Of a DNA stretch of 64,000 nucleotides, positions 12,645 to 25,380 are shown piece by piece; position 1 is the first letter of the stretch; each line of letters opens with the position of its first letter. Made by a program: the position numbers and the translations under genes. The DNA comes from Octopus sinensis (taxonomy: Eukaryota). A model generated the notes under the pieces. That model did no database searches, was not told the DNA's origin, and was given only the letters and a program-made list of their open reading frames with translations. The stretch is from positions 12,338,001 to 12,402,000 of the forward strand of contig NC_043017.1 in assembly GCF_006345805.1 (NCBI RefSeq), read 5' to 3'.

Positions 12645-15122
12645 GCACAACAGCTTCCGCGAGGACATGTGTTACATCAAAAAAATTCTTGGTTGGGGAT
12701 GCAAGTCCTCTCATTCACGTACGACATACATAATGCGGGCAGCAGCATAGAATTGAAGCGTCCATCTCTTTCTTCTCTCAATGTAGAATGAGGAAAATTG
12801 GATGTTGAGGTAATGTAAATAAATAAATACATATATAGAGTGAAGATGGAGGGGCGAGAGTTCGGGACGAGGGATAAAAAATGTATAAAAAGTGTAAGTA
12901 TAGAATAATATAAAAATGTAGAGGATAAAGATATAAAGAGTTGTAAGGAGAGTAAAGGGGTATAAAGAAATACAAAGAAATGTAAAATAAATGTAAGGCA
13001 TAAGGTTATAAAGTAAAAATAGAAATAGAAATAAAAGTAAAAAAATCTGATAAAACCATGATAAAAGTGTAAAAGAATGTAAAGATAAGGGATGTATAGA
13101 GGTTACGGACCAAGCATGGTGGTCAGGAGATTGATAAAATTTAGTTGTAGAATTGTCAGTAAATCAACAGTAAATCAACAGTTTCGTCTGGGGACTTAAT
13201 GCGTTGTAAATCAGAGCTGATGAGCATTTAATCTGGTTCCTTGAATTAAATGGACTTCTAGTACATACATATCATCATGGATATATACACCCACATACAC
13301 GCGTACATATACGCCTCCAAGCATATAAGCATACACACGCACTCGCGTGTAAACACGTACATAAACACACACGCACCCACACGCACGCGCGTACACACCC
13401 ATACATACACAAGAATATCCGCATATATACACGGACATTACGCGCGTACACGCTCACATGTATATACGCGCGCCCATCACTACATACGCACACGTATATG
13501 CCCACGCCTCTAGGTCCAGGTATAAGATATTAAGGATGTGTATAAGAACGTATGTAAAGAATCCCGTACTCATGTCAGTACGCGCACGCACACACGGCTG
13601 TGTGTCCGTATGTGCGTGCACATATACACTCACATACACACACAGAGAGACACACGCGCACATGGGTATAGCTATAAGATATCGAAGTATGCATGTACAT
13701 ATATATACATATATACATATACATATATGCGCGTGCATATGTATGTATGCGTATACACACGTACGCGGACGCTCGTATATTCAAAAGATGGATCCATAGG
13801 TAAGTAAATAAACATATATAGAGGTGTAAAGCGATAAGTTAGGGGTAAGAATGAGGGTAAGGGTAAAGATTAGAAAAAAAAATACAGTATAAAATAAGAA
13901 ATACAATGTAATAGTTGGAAATGAAGTATAAGAATTATAAAAATTATAAGAGTTAAGGTAAGGGATGAAAATGAAAATGAGAATAAATGGAAGTAGAATA
14001 AAAGTAAAAATAAAAGTAAAAATAAAAATAAAATAAAATAAGATAAAAATATAATTTTGCACGCGCATATATGTACATGCATACTTCGATATCTTATAGC
14101 TATACCCATGTGCGCGTGTGTCTCTCTGTGTGTGTATGTGAGTGTATATGTGCACGCACATACGGACACACAGCCGTGTGTGCGTGCGCGTACTGACATG
14201 AGTACGGGATTCTTTACTTACGTTCTTATGCACATCCTTTAATATCTTATACCTGGACCTAGAGGCGTGGGCATATACGTGTGCGTATGTAGTGATGGGC
14301 GCGCGTATATACATGTGGAGCGTGTATACGCGTAATGTCCGTGTATATATGCGGATATTCTGTTGTATGTATGTGTGGGTACGCGCGTGCGTGTGGGTGC
14401 GTGTGTGTTTATGTACGTGTTTACACGCGAGTGCGTGTGTATGCTTATATGCTTGGAGGCGTTATGTACGCGTGTATGTGGGTGTATATATCCATGATGA
14501 TATGTATGTACTAGAAGTCCATTAATTCAAGGAACCAGATTAATGCTCATCAGCTCTGATTTACAACCGCATTAAGTCCCCAGACGAAACTGTTGATTTA
14601 CTGTTGATTTACTGACAATTCTACAACTAAATTTTATCAATCTCCTGACCACCATGCTTGGTCCGTAACCTCTATACATCCCTTATCTTTACATTCTTTT
14701 ACACTTTTATCATGGTTTTATCAGATTTTTTTACTTTTATTTCTATTTCTATTTTTACTTTATAACCTTATGCCTTTACATTTATTTACATTTCTTTGTA
14801 TTTCTTTATACCCCCTTTACATCTCCTTACAACTCTTTATATCTTTATCCTCTACATTTTTATATTATTCTATACTTACACTTTTTATACATTTTTTATC
14901 CCTCGTCCCGAACTCTCGCCCCTCCATCTTCACCTCTATATATGTATCTATTTATTTACATTACCTCAACATCCAATTTTCCTCATTCTACATTGAGAGA
15001 AGAAAGAGATGGACGCTTCAATTCTATGCTGCTGCCGCATTATGTCGTACGTGAATGAGAGGACTTGCATCCCCAACCAAGAATTTTTGATGTAACACAT
15101 GTCCTTGCGGAAGCTGTTGTGC

Positions 15123-15200
15123 GCGGCTGAAGAAGGCCACAGACATACATTATGCATTGTTATAAATCTGTCTAATAAAGGCCCGAAACATATGTACCGC
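15123..15200 (+). ncRNA. Type I hammerhead ribozyme motif, right arm
   Basis: Same motif; predicted cleavage after GUA at 15196. Confidence 0.7.
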
Positions 15201-15238
15201 TGAATCCTTCGCATCATGTTTTTATTTTATTTTGATCA

Positions 15239-15300
<62 letters not shown>

Positions 15301-15323
15301 ATATTACGTAATGTGTATGTATA

Positions 15324-16172
15324 TATAAAAAGGGAAGTTAAAAATTATCCGCAACATTGTTAAAACATTCTTTTAGTTGCCCGCACTGTCTTCAGCGCTC
15401 GCGTGCTAAAAGGTGACACACTTGTTATGTAAAGTTAGTGTGAGATGGGTGCAAAGAGAGCTTACCAAAGTGCATAAGCGCAATGGCGAGGAGATCTGTC
15501 AACGCTTGCTCGGCCGCTGCAAGGATGAAGACGAAGCAGCTTGTCTGAAGAGAATAGTCACAGAAGATGAGGCATGAATCTATTACTTTGATCCAGAATC
15601 TTAAAAGCAGTGTATGGAATGAAAATATTCAGAATCGCCGTCGAAACAGAAATTCAATACTCATCCTCCAAGAAAATGTGACGCTAAACGTTTTTTGGGT
15701 TCAAAAGGGCTTATACCGAAACCTTACCTGGAAAAAAAGGAGTCTTACAGTCACCAGTGCAATTCGCACCCAACGCCGAGATCTGATAAGTAAATGTTAT
15801 TGTTGTACGACAAGGCATACCCACATACCCACAGCCGCTCATATCATTGAAACCATTGAAAAATTGGGTTCTGTGTTGCTAAGTCACCCTGCATACAGTC
15901 CAGATCTTCCTCCTTCCGACTATCATGTCTTTTGAACGATTAAACATCCTTTACGAAGTCGTCGATTTGTTACAGACGAAGATGTGCAGGAAGCAGTGCA
16001 TAAATGGCTGCACGGCCAGACGTAAACCTTCTTCTCCGATAGAATAAGCAAGTCTGTTGAACTGCTGGAAGAAGTACACCGAAAAGCAAGGAGACTCTGT
16101 TGAAGAATGATGTAATTGTTCAACTCTGCTTTTACAGCAACAAGAGATCAAATAATTTTTGACAACCTCGTA
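15324..16172 (+). mobile_element. Decayed mariner, copy 2 (internal deletion, no SINE)
   Basis: Near-identical to 5001-6559; ~430-bp deletion at GTAA microhomology near 15430; empty SINE site at ~15489-15497. Confidence 0.9.
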
Positions 16173-16487
16173 GATACATACATGTACGTATATGTATATA
16201 TAGATGTATAGATGTACAGTATACACATGAAAACAAATAATATGGGTCCACACCATGTGTAATAGGTTCTGTGAGAGGGGCGAATGGCCTGTGTACCGAA
16301 TGGAGACATTGGAAACATTGCAAATGTTGTTTGAAGCTCCAAGGAGAAAGCGCAAAAGAAACTGATACGGATTCTCCATATCTAACCTATTAGTGGCACA
16401 GTGAAGATTTGTAAGACATTTCAAAAATTCTCTACGTGAATTTCTTTTGTGAATAGATGCAGATACCTAGGTTTATGCATCGACAGT

Positions 16488-16643
16488 TCGTGGCTGTGTG
16501 GTAAATAGCTTGCTTACCAACCACATGGTTCCGGGTTCAGTCCCACTGCGTGGCACTTTGAGCAAGTATCTTCTACTATAGCCTCGGGTCGACCAAAGCC
16601 TTGTGAGTGGTTTTGGTAGACGGAAACTGAAAGAAGCCCGTCG

Positions 16644-16677
<34 letters not shown>

Positions 16678-16693
16678 TGTATATATATATGTG

Positions 16694-16737
<44 letters not shown>

Positions 16738-16995
16738 CGCGTGTGTGTGTGTGTTTGTGTGTGTATATATATATATAAATATGCATGTGTGTGTGTATAT
16801 GTTTGTGTGTGTTTGTTTGTCCCCCAACATCGCTTGACAACCGATGCTGGTGTGTTTACGTCCCCGTAAGTTAGCGGATCGGTAAAAGAGAACGATAGAA
16901 TAAGTACTAGGCTTACAAAGAATAAGTCCTGGGGTCGATTTGGTCGATTAAAGTCGGTGCTCCAGCATGGCCGCAGTCAAATGACTGAAACAAAT
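16488..16995 (+). mobile_element. tRNA-derived SINE family A with internal TA/TG microsatellite
   Basis: GTGGCTGTGTGG (A box), GGTTCAGTCCC (B box), tail GCAGTCAAATGACTGAAACAA; probably one of the described octopus OK/OR families, assignment not checked. Confidence 0.9.
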
Positions 16996-17223
16996 AATAT
17001 ATATATTTACAAACATAGGAACACTCTTAACTCAAAAAGTCATGTTAGCTTCGTTAGCAACTAGCTTGAACTCTTGCAAGAACTCAAAGAAAATCATTCA
17101 AACATACAAACAAACAAAAAAAACAATAAATTCAGTGGTTTTATCTTGATATGGTCGTGATATCGACTCCTTGGATAGCCACATACACGTACAGGATTCA
17201 ATACTGACCACATTGCTGCCTCC

Positions 17224-17457
17224 TTATTTCTTTATTGCCCACAAGGGTCTAAACACAGAGAGGACAAACAAGGACAGACAAAGGGATTAAGTCGATTACA
17301 TCGACCCCAGTACGTAATTGGTACTTAATTTTTCGACCCCGAAAGGATGAGAGGCAAAGTCGTCCTCGGCGGAATTTGAACTCAAAACGTGGCGGCAGAC
17401 GAAATACCACTAAGCATTTCGCCCGACGTGCTAACGTTTCTGCCAGCTCGCCGCCTT
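17224..17457 (-). mobile_element. SINE family B
   Basis: Full head-to-tail match to other B copies. Confidence 0.85.
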
Positions 17458-18142
17458 TAAAAAAAAAAATTTTTTTTAAGTGTGTGAGACAGCACCAGTG
17501 GTGTTAGGGTTGAAAGAATACTATAAGAGTTCATGTTAACGTAGTAACCGCACGGCTAAGCCCACACACATTGCTACCTTCTGATCTCCCTTATGAACTC
17601 ATACATTTATACAAGAGACAGTTAAGTATGGTTTAAGAGAGATTTGGCTGCTATTTTTAACAAATCTAGCGACCAGTTAGTGAAGGGGGACAACAAATTT
17701 CTTATATCATCGACCTCATTCATGGAATCGTTGATAACTTTTTGACACTCAATTTATTTTCCTTTTTACTTGTCTTCCTTATTAGACTGCAGCCCTGCTG
17801 GGACACCGCCTTGAAAAGATAAGGCAATTTAACCTCAATGTGATTTGAACCTTGAATCGTAGAGTCAGAACAAATACCGAAAAAGCATTTTTTGTCCACT
17901 GATCTAAGAATTCTGCCTGTCATGTAAATTCTTAAAATGCAATTAAAAAGTATTAATTAGCAAATAAGTTTCTTGATTTAAAATCAACAATCCCATCACT
18001 CTTTTTTGTTGCTATCGTTTTTTAATTAGAAAAAAAATATATTTAGAGTAATTTAATGAAAATGGTAACGAAATTAATAAAGAACAATAAAAAATTTAGT
18101 GATATTGATATTGATATAGACTGACTATTGATCCCTTGGATA

Positions 18143-18519
18143 GCCATGGCTCAGTGGTTAGGGCAGCGGACTCGCGGTCAAAGGATTGCGGTTTCGATTC
18201 CCAGACCGGGCGTTGTGAGTGTTTATTGAGCGAAAACATCTAAAGCTCCACGAGGCTCCGGCAGGGGATGGTGGTGATCCCTGCTGTACTCTTTCACCAC
18301 AACTTTCTCTCACTCTTACTTCCTGTTTCTGTTGTACCTGTATTTCAAAGGGCCGGCCTTGTCACTCTCTGTGTCACGCTGAATATCCCCGAGAACTACG
18401 TTAAGGGTACACGAGTCTGTGGAGTGCTCAGCCACTTACACGTTAATTTCACGAGCAGGCTGTTCCGTTGATCGGATCAACCGGAACCCTCGTCGTCGTA
18501 ACCGACTGAGTGCTTCCAT
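18143..18519 (+). mobile_element. SINE family C
   Basis: tRNA-like head, 3' end CGTAACCGACTGAGTGCTTCCAT. Confidence 0.85.
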
Positions 18520-18974
18520 CCATATAGACACGCAGGAGTCAATATTGACTCTTGATCTAGGATCAGTATACTATTCAAGGTTTTTTGGGGTTTTTTTTTT
18601 AAGTATGATGTGACTTCAAGGGGATTTGGCTGTTATTTCTAGCAGCCGCCATGACTGCAAAGAGATTTTCACTTTCGCTCGGTGGTGGTGAGGATGAAAG
18701 TGGTTGCGATTGTTGTTGTTGTCGGGGTGGTAGTGGTGGTGGTTGTGGTGGTGGTGATAGTAGTGATGGCAGTGGTAATTGTTCTGGTGGTAGTACATTA
18801 TTTACATTTGACGGTGGTGGTGGTGGTTGTAGTGTTGTTTAATCCCCAACCCCCAGGTCAACTCTGAATAATCGAAGATCTAATCAAAGACAATCTGACC
18901 ATGCCCACCCTGTATTTTTATGTGTATGGAGGACTACGTTAAACAGTGAACCCGGTTGTTTAAGCGCGTAAGTT

Positions 18975-19400
18975 GCGCGCGCGTGTGTGTGTGTATGTGT
19001 GTGTGTATGTGTGTGTATGTGTGTGTATGTGTGTGTGTATGTGTGTGTATGTGTGTGTGTAGTGTGTGTGTGTGTGTATGTGTGTGTATGTGTGTGTGTA
19101 TGTGTGTGGTATGTGTGTGTATGTTGTGTGTATGTGTGTGTGTTGTATGTGTGTGTGTATGTGTGTGTGTATGTGTGCGTGTATGTATGTGTGTATGTGT
19201 GTGTGTATGTATGTGTGTGTGTAGTGTGTGTATGTGTGTGTGTATGTGTGTGTGTATGTGTGTGTGTATGCGTGTGTGTGTGTATGTGTGTGTATGTGTG
19301 TGTATGTGTGTGTGTATGTGTGTGTATGTGTGTGTATGTGTGTGTGTATGTGTGAGTATGTGTGTGTGTGTATGTGTGTAATTATGTATGTGTGTGTGTG
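18975..19400. repeat. (TG)n/(TATG) compound microsatellite
   Basis: Direct reading. Confidence 0.95.
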
Positions 19401-19642
19401 TTCCCCCCCTCTCCGCCACACACCGGGTGTTTATATGGCTTACTCGAAGGTTCAATAACCGAACTCTATCAACGTAATATCATCGATTCTTTTGTTCTTT
19501 ATCAATTTCGTTGAAATTCAGTGTTTCTTGTCAATTTAGCTAACCCATACCCGCGGAGGGGCAAGGTACAGAATTCATGAAACAGACCCTGCAAGATACC
19601 AAATGCACGTATGCAAGTTTCTAAGGGGAGCTTCTTTTCCTT

Positions 19643-19670
19643 ATTGGTCAATGTAAATCACGTGATTGAC
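19643..19670. promoter_or_regulatory. Candidate promoter motif cluster (reverse CCAAT plus palindromic E-box ATCACGTGAT)
   Basis: ATTGG 19643-19647 and CACGTG 19659-19664 in a unique, GC-richer island. Confidence 0.3.
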
Positions 19671-19869
19671 AACAACGCTGCAGCTGCAAGCTTGCTTCCA
19701 GGAAAGCTAATGGAGCGCTGCTAGAATGCTAGGCCAGTGTTCACGAACACCGCTGCCTACCCACGCACAGTCAGCGCCGCCGCCACCACCACCACAACCA
19801 CAACCACAACCACAACCACAAGTACCACAATAACCACCACCACTACTGCAATCAGCACGATCAACCCCG

Positions 19870-19914
19870 CTATCACTACTACTACTACTACTACCGCTGC
19901 TGCAGCTGTTGCTG

Positions 19915-19949
<35 letters not shown>

Positions 19950-19962
19950 GATACTGCTGCTG

Positions 19963-20000
<38 letters not shown>

Positions 20001-20155
20001 GCTGCTGCTGCTACTACTACTACTACTGCTACTACTACTACTACTACTACTACTACTGCTACTACTGCTGCTGCTACTACTACTACTACTGCTACTACTA
20101 CTTACTACTACTACTACTACTACTACTACTGATACTACTGCTGCTGCTACTACTA

Positions 20156-20190
<35 letters not shown>

Positions 20191-20280
20191 ACTACTACTA
20201 CTACTACTACTACTGATACTACTGCTGCTGCTACTACTACTACTACTACTACAACAACTACTACTACTACTACTGCCGCT
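19870..20280. repeat. (CTA)n/(CTG)n compound microsatellite
   Basis: Direct reading. Confidence 0.95.
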
Positions 20281-20450
20281 TAATTTATCAAATGGGAAAT
20301 ATTTCAAATGTCTAGCAGATTTTCACTGCACGCATACACGTATGCATACATACATGCATACATGTATGCATGCATGTATGTATATATGTGTATATGTATG
20401 CGTATGTATGTATGCGTATGTATGTATGTATGTATGTATGTATGCATGTG

Positions 20451-20648
20451 TGTTATAATTCTTAGTGTCGGACTGTTAAAACGCCCACTAAGTTATAGCA
20501 GTATAGTTAGTTAGAAAGTGAGAACACGACTATGACCGTCTACTTCGTACTTTTTCCTGACACTGATTGTCATCACATTATTTATAGCGACTACCACATA
20601 CCACTTGACACATGGAAGTGGTATACCATTGCTACTATTATCCCTACA
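20451..20648 (-). mobile_element. Probable 3' LTR of the Gypsy element
   Basis: TGT...ACA termini, preceded on the minus strand by purine-rich AAAGGGCAGATAT downstream of the integrase remnant. Confidence 0.6.
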
Positions 20649-21243
20649 ATATCTGCCCTTTAAGTTTTTCTTTCTTTTTCTTACGGAGTGTCATTTTTTT
20701 TGTAATAGCAATAATTTTTGCATCATTCCACCTCCCTTTTTTTGAGTTTTTTTTTCTTAGTTACACATTAAACATATTTTCCGTTTGGCATCTACTTCCA
20801 GGAACTCCGTACATTTTCTTTTTCTTAGTCTTGTGCACGTGGGTTCAATCACCTGTAGTGGCGTTGGTACTTGAAAAGTATCATATAACCATTCCATTAG
20901 TTTTTCTATTCTCATGGGTTCGCTCCCAACGAATCTTTTTTTCAGTTGGTTCATATGTCTCTTATATACGCGTTTTCTACTTTTTACCAAGTATAGCCTT
21001 ATTCCTATGCGTTTAGTAATCGCGCCATCTTCCCAACTCTGTTTTCCGTTCTTATATCTCCTCACAAATACCGTTTCACCAATTTTGAAAAATCTTGCTG
21101 TATTTTCCCTTGCAATTTTTATTTTCCTGCTGAGCAGCAGTTCGTCGAAGACTGATTTTATTTTCCTCGCAAACATCAGCTCGGATGGTGACATACCTGC
21201 TGGTGTGTTTGGATTTGGTGTCACACGGTATACTCTTAAGAAT

Positions 21244-21659
21244 CAAAGCGGCGAGCTGGCAGAAACGTTAGCACGCCGGGCGAAATGCTTAGCGGTATTT
21301 CGTCTGCGTTACGTTGTGAGCTCAAATTCCGCCGAGGTCGACTTTGCCTTTCATCCTTTCGGGGTCGATAAATTAAGTACCAGTTACGCACTGGGGTCGA
21401 TGTAATCGACTTAATACCTATGTCTGTCCTTGTTTGTCCCCTCTATGTTTAGCCCCTTGTGGGTAATAAAGAAATAGGTATTTCGTCTGCGTTACGTTGT
21501 GAGTTCAAATTCCGCCGAGGTCGACTTTGCCTTTCATCCTTTCGGGGTCGATAAATTAAGTACCAGTTACGCACTGGGGTCGATGTAATCGACTTAATAC
21601 CTATGTCTGTCCTTGTTTGTCCCCTCTGTGTTTAGCCCCTTGTGGGTAGTAAAGAAATA
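21244..21659 (+). mobile_element. SINE family B dimer
   Basis: One head plus two bodies; single TSD GGTATACTCTTAAGAAT at 21227-21243 and 21660-21676. Confidence 0.9.
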
Positions 21660-21917
21660 GGTATACTCTTAAGAATTGTTGTAGAGCTACCTCATCCATG
21701 ACTTCCTTATTCGACTTATTTAGGACTCTTGAACGTATCGACAAAGCATTCCACTCGTCCGTTAGAGCCGGGATGGTATGGCGCACTAGTTATGTTCTAC
21801 AGCGAACGTTTTAGAAAACTTTTTAAAAAAAACACATTTTTGCGTTCCATTGTCTGGGATGCCAAATCTCGCAATCAGCTCATGTACAAAATTTGTCGCA
21901 GTTATTCTTTTATTCAT

Positions 21918-22299
21918 TTACTTGTTTCAGTCATTTGACTGCGGCCATGCTGGAGCACCGCCTTTAGTCGAGCAAATCGACCCCAGGACTTATTCTTTGT
22001 AAGCCTAGTACTTATTCTATCGGTCCCTTTATCCGAACCGCTACGTTACGGGGACGCAAACACACCAGCATCGGTTGTCAAGCGATGTTGGGGGGACAAG
22101 CACAAACACAGAAACATATACATACACATACATATGTATATAGATATATACGACAGGCTTCTTTCAGTTTCCGTCTACCAAATTCACCCACAAGGCTTTG
22201 GTCGGCCCGAGGCTATAGTAGAAGACACTTGCCCAAGGTGCCACGCAGTGGGACTGAACCCAGAACCCAGCTACTTACCACACAGCCACTCCTACGCCT
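21918..22299 (-). mobile_element. SINE family A
   Basis: Full-length match. Confidence 0.9.
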
Positions 22300-22383
22300 T
22301 GAGGAGATTAGTTGAGGAGGTTAGTTTTTTACACTTACCAATTTCTGGCCATTTCGAAAAACTATCCCCTACCACTAAGTAGT

Positions 22384-22778
22384 GATGGATGATGGAAGCA
22401 CTCCGTCGGTTACGACGACGAGGGTTCCGGTTGATCCGAATCAACGGAACAGCCTGCTCGTGAAATTAACGTGTAAGTGGCTGAGCACTCCACAGACACG
22501 TGTACCCTTAACGTAGTTCTCGGGGATATTCAGCGTGACACAGAGAGTGACAAGGCCGGCCCTTTGAAATACAGGTACAACAGAAACAGGAAGTAAGAGT
22601 GAGAGAAAGTTGTGGTGAAAGAGTACAGCAGGGATCACCACCATCCCCTGCCGGAGCCTCGTGGAGCTTTTAGGTGTTTTCGCTCAATAAACACTTACAA
22701 CGCCCGGTCTGGGAATCGAAACCGCGATCCTATGACCGCGAGTCCGCTGCCCTAACCACTGGGCCATTGCGCCTCCAC
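22384..22778 (-). mobile_element. SINE family C
   Basis: TSD ACCACTAAGTAGT at 22371-22383 and 22779-22791. Confidence 0.9.
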
Positions 22779-22955
22779 ACCACTAAGTAGTATGAACTCT
22801 TTGAAGGGCCAGCGATATCGATGAATAGTCTCGACCACGGAACATCTACTTTTGGCCAAGGTTCACTGTTTATCGTCGGTAATTTTGCCGCTAGAACACG
22901 TCTTCTACAGACTTTCAATAGATTTTCGATTTCTCTATCCATTTTTGGCCAGTAC

Positions 22956-23545
22956 GTGGAGGCGCAATGGCCCAGTGGTTAGGGCAGCGGACTCGCGGTC
23001 GGAGGATCGCGGTTTCGATTCCCAGACCGGGCATTGTGAGTGTTTATTGAGCGAAAACACCTAAAGCTCCACGAGGCTCCGGCAGGTGGTGGTGGTGTAC
23101 CCTGCTGTACTCTTTCACCAAAACTTTCTCTCGCTCTTTCTTCCTGTTTCTCTTGTACCTGTATTTCAAAGGGCCAGCCTTGTCACATTCTGTGTGTCAC
23201 GCTGAATCTCCTCGAGAACTACGTTAAGGGTACACGTGTCTGTGGAGTGCTCAGCCACTTACACGTTAATTTCACGAGCAGGCTGTTCCGTTGATTCGGA
23301 TCAACCGGAACCCTCGTCGTCGTAACCGACGGAGTGCTTCCATCATCCATCACTACTTAGTGGTAGGGGATAGTTTTTCGAAATGGCCAGAAATTGGTAA
23401 GCGTAAAAAACTAATCTCCTCAAGGCGTAGGAGTGGCTGTGTGGTAAGTAGCTGGGTTCTGGGTTCAGTCCCACTGCGTGCAAGCTGTTCCGTTGATCGT
23501 ATCAGCTGGGACCCTCATCGTCGCAACCGACGGAGTGCTCCTATA
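22956..23545 (+). mobile_element. SINE family C carrying an inverted copy of neighbouring DNA
   Basis: TSD TTTGGCCAGTAC at 22944-22955 and 23546-23557; ~23220-23478 is the reverse complement of ~22243-22515. Confidence 0.85.
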
Positions 23546-23800
23546 TTTGGCCAGTACACGTAGCTATGCATTAAAGTTTTCATCCTCGAAATACAAGGAT
23601 GTCCAACATGGAATTCCCTCAACATTTTTTCTTTTGTAGTGTTTCGGGTATCACTACTCTCTGTGCATACATCAGTACACCATCACAAATTGAGTATAGG
23701 TTCACGTTTAGGTTTCGTTTTGCACCAGTCCCGTATGTCTGTGTTCATGTGTATATCCCTCTCCCTCAAAATTTCAGACCTTGTATCTATAGTAGAAAGG

Positions 23801-23872
<72 letters not shown>

Positions 23873-23875
<3 letters not shown>

Positions 23876-24060
23876 TTGTTTTATTTTTATAGCGTGCTTT
23901 CACTTCACTGCCGAGCGCAGCTCTGTGTGTCTTGGTTGTGCTGTGTTGTTTTGTTGTTTGTGATGCTGATGGTTATTGTATGGAAACAGTTCTGCATAGG
24001 ATTGTGCAGTGCCTAGTAGTGCAATTTTCTGTATGTTATATGTGTTGTTAAGTCCTGGTG
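23873..24060 (-). mobile_element. RLE-LINE 3' end, family R1
   Basis: Encodes a C-terminus ending IQKIALLGTAHIL...; followed by 3'UTR and (AAT)n; homologous to 24677-24862. Confidence 0.7.
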
Positions 24061-24121
<61 letters not shown>

Positions 24122-24124
24122 TAC

Positions 24125-24155
<31 letters not shown>

Positions 24156-24616
24156 GAGTGAGAGAGCAGTTCATGCCATCAAAGTGACACTGGGGTAAAA
24201 TATACGAATCCCAATATACCCATCATGACTACCCGTCTGATAAGGGTACACCAGGCACATGCATCACAACCATATGTGCGCGACCTGGTGATCTCATATC
24301 AAGATAAACAGCGCATGACCTTGCAGGTGGGGCCCAGTTAGAATTTTCTTCAGGTTGAATAGCCCATCCTGCTCAAACGGTCCCTGAATAAGGGTTGTTT
24401 AAGGATGTTGAAAGAACCACCCATGTTTCCAGAGGTGAACTATTCAAACCCCAAAGAATCCCTCTCAACACATGGCTATGATGCTCCCTCACTACTTCTG
24501 CTCGTGATCAGAGATGCACATATCGTCAGCCACTAAGGGACATGCTCAACTGGTTAAGGTCAAACAACTGACAAGCAAATCTGTGGTATTGAGCAGAATA
24601 TTTGCTGTAGCCCATC
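24156..24616 (-). mobile_element. Family E element
   Basis: Reverse complement of ~27085-27545. Confidence 0.8.
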
Positions 24617-24656
<40 letters not shown>

Positions 24657-24676
24657 TTATTATTATTATTATTATT

Positions 24677-24862
24677 CAGTAGTTTTATTTTTATAGCGTG
24701 CTTTCACTTCACTACCGAGCGCAGCTGTGTGTGCCTTGGGTATGTGCTGTGATTTGTTGTGATGCTCTGATGGTTATTGTATGGAAAGTGTTCTGCGTAG
24801 GATGTGTGCAGTGCCTAGTAGTGCAATTTTCTGTATGTTATATGAGTTTGTAAATCCTGGTG
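24677..24862 (-). mobile_element. RLE-LINE 3' end, family R1
   Basis: PGFTNSYNIQKIALLGTAHILRRTLSIQ* plus 3'UTR and (AAT)n. Confidence 0.75.
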
Positions 24863-24890
24863 TTTTATTATTATTATTATTATTATTATT

Positions 24891-25248
24891 CTATGTTTGA
24901 ATTTTGCTTTATATTTGTACAAGTTGGCTCCAAGTCTCACCCAGAGACCTCAAGAGACAACAGGTTGCCTAGTGTGCCATATATTTGGGGGTTTTTTTTG
25001 GTGTTGTACTAGTGAATGTCTAATAAAAATAAATAAATAAATAATGTTTGTTTTAAACCTTGAGATTACATAGAAAGTATTTTGCGTAGGATATGAGCAG
25101 TTCCCATGAGCACTATCTTTTGAATTTCTGCCATTTTGGGGTTTCCTGGTATCTGAGTTAGGTAGCAATTAGCCCCTTTCGCTATCATTCCCAGGGCACC
25201 TATGACAACAGGTATACTTTTAGTCTTCGGGTTCCACATTTTGCTGAT
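24891..25248 (-). mobile_element. RLE-LINE 3' end, family R2
   Basis: KMWNPKTKSIPVVIGALGMIAKG...EIQKIVLMGTAHILRKILSM* (stop 25066-25068) plus 3'UTR. Confidence 0.8.
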
Positions 25249-25380
25249 TATTATTATTATTGTTGTTGTTGTTATTATTATTATTATTATTATTATAATT
25301 ATTATTATTATTATTATTATATTATTATTATTATTATTATCATTATTATTACTATCAATATTATTGTTATTATTATTTAT

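Larger units (their letters stand above)
12459..15243 (-). mobile_element. Fold-back element with ~1.2-kb inverted arms and one-sided tail; probable Penelope-like retroelement remnant (family H3)
   Basis: Arms 12524-13737 and 14058-15243, 320-bp spacer, tail 12459-12523, (TA)n on both sides, hammerhead motif in each arm. Confidence 0.75.
20649..23790 (-). mobile_element. Gypsy/Ty3 LTR retrotransposon integrase region, decayed and interrupted by four SINE insertions
   Basis: EFHVGHPCISRMKTLMHSYVYWPKMDREIE (zinc-binding region), PWSRLFIDIAGP, YLVVGDSFSKWPE, PYHPGSNG, FLRVYRVTP...SPSELMFARK. Confidence 0.9.

Noticed and set aside
19737-20283. Mucin-like Thr/Ala ORF
   Set aside because: Almost entirely (CTA)/(CTG) microsatellite with frame changes
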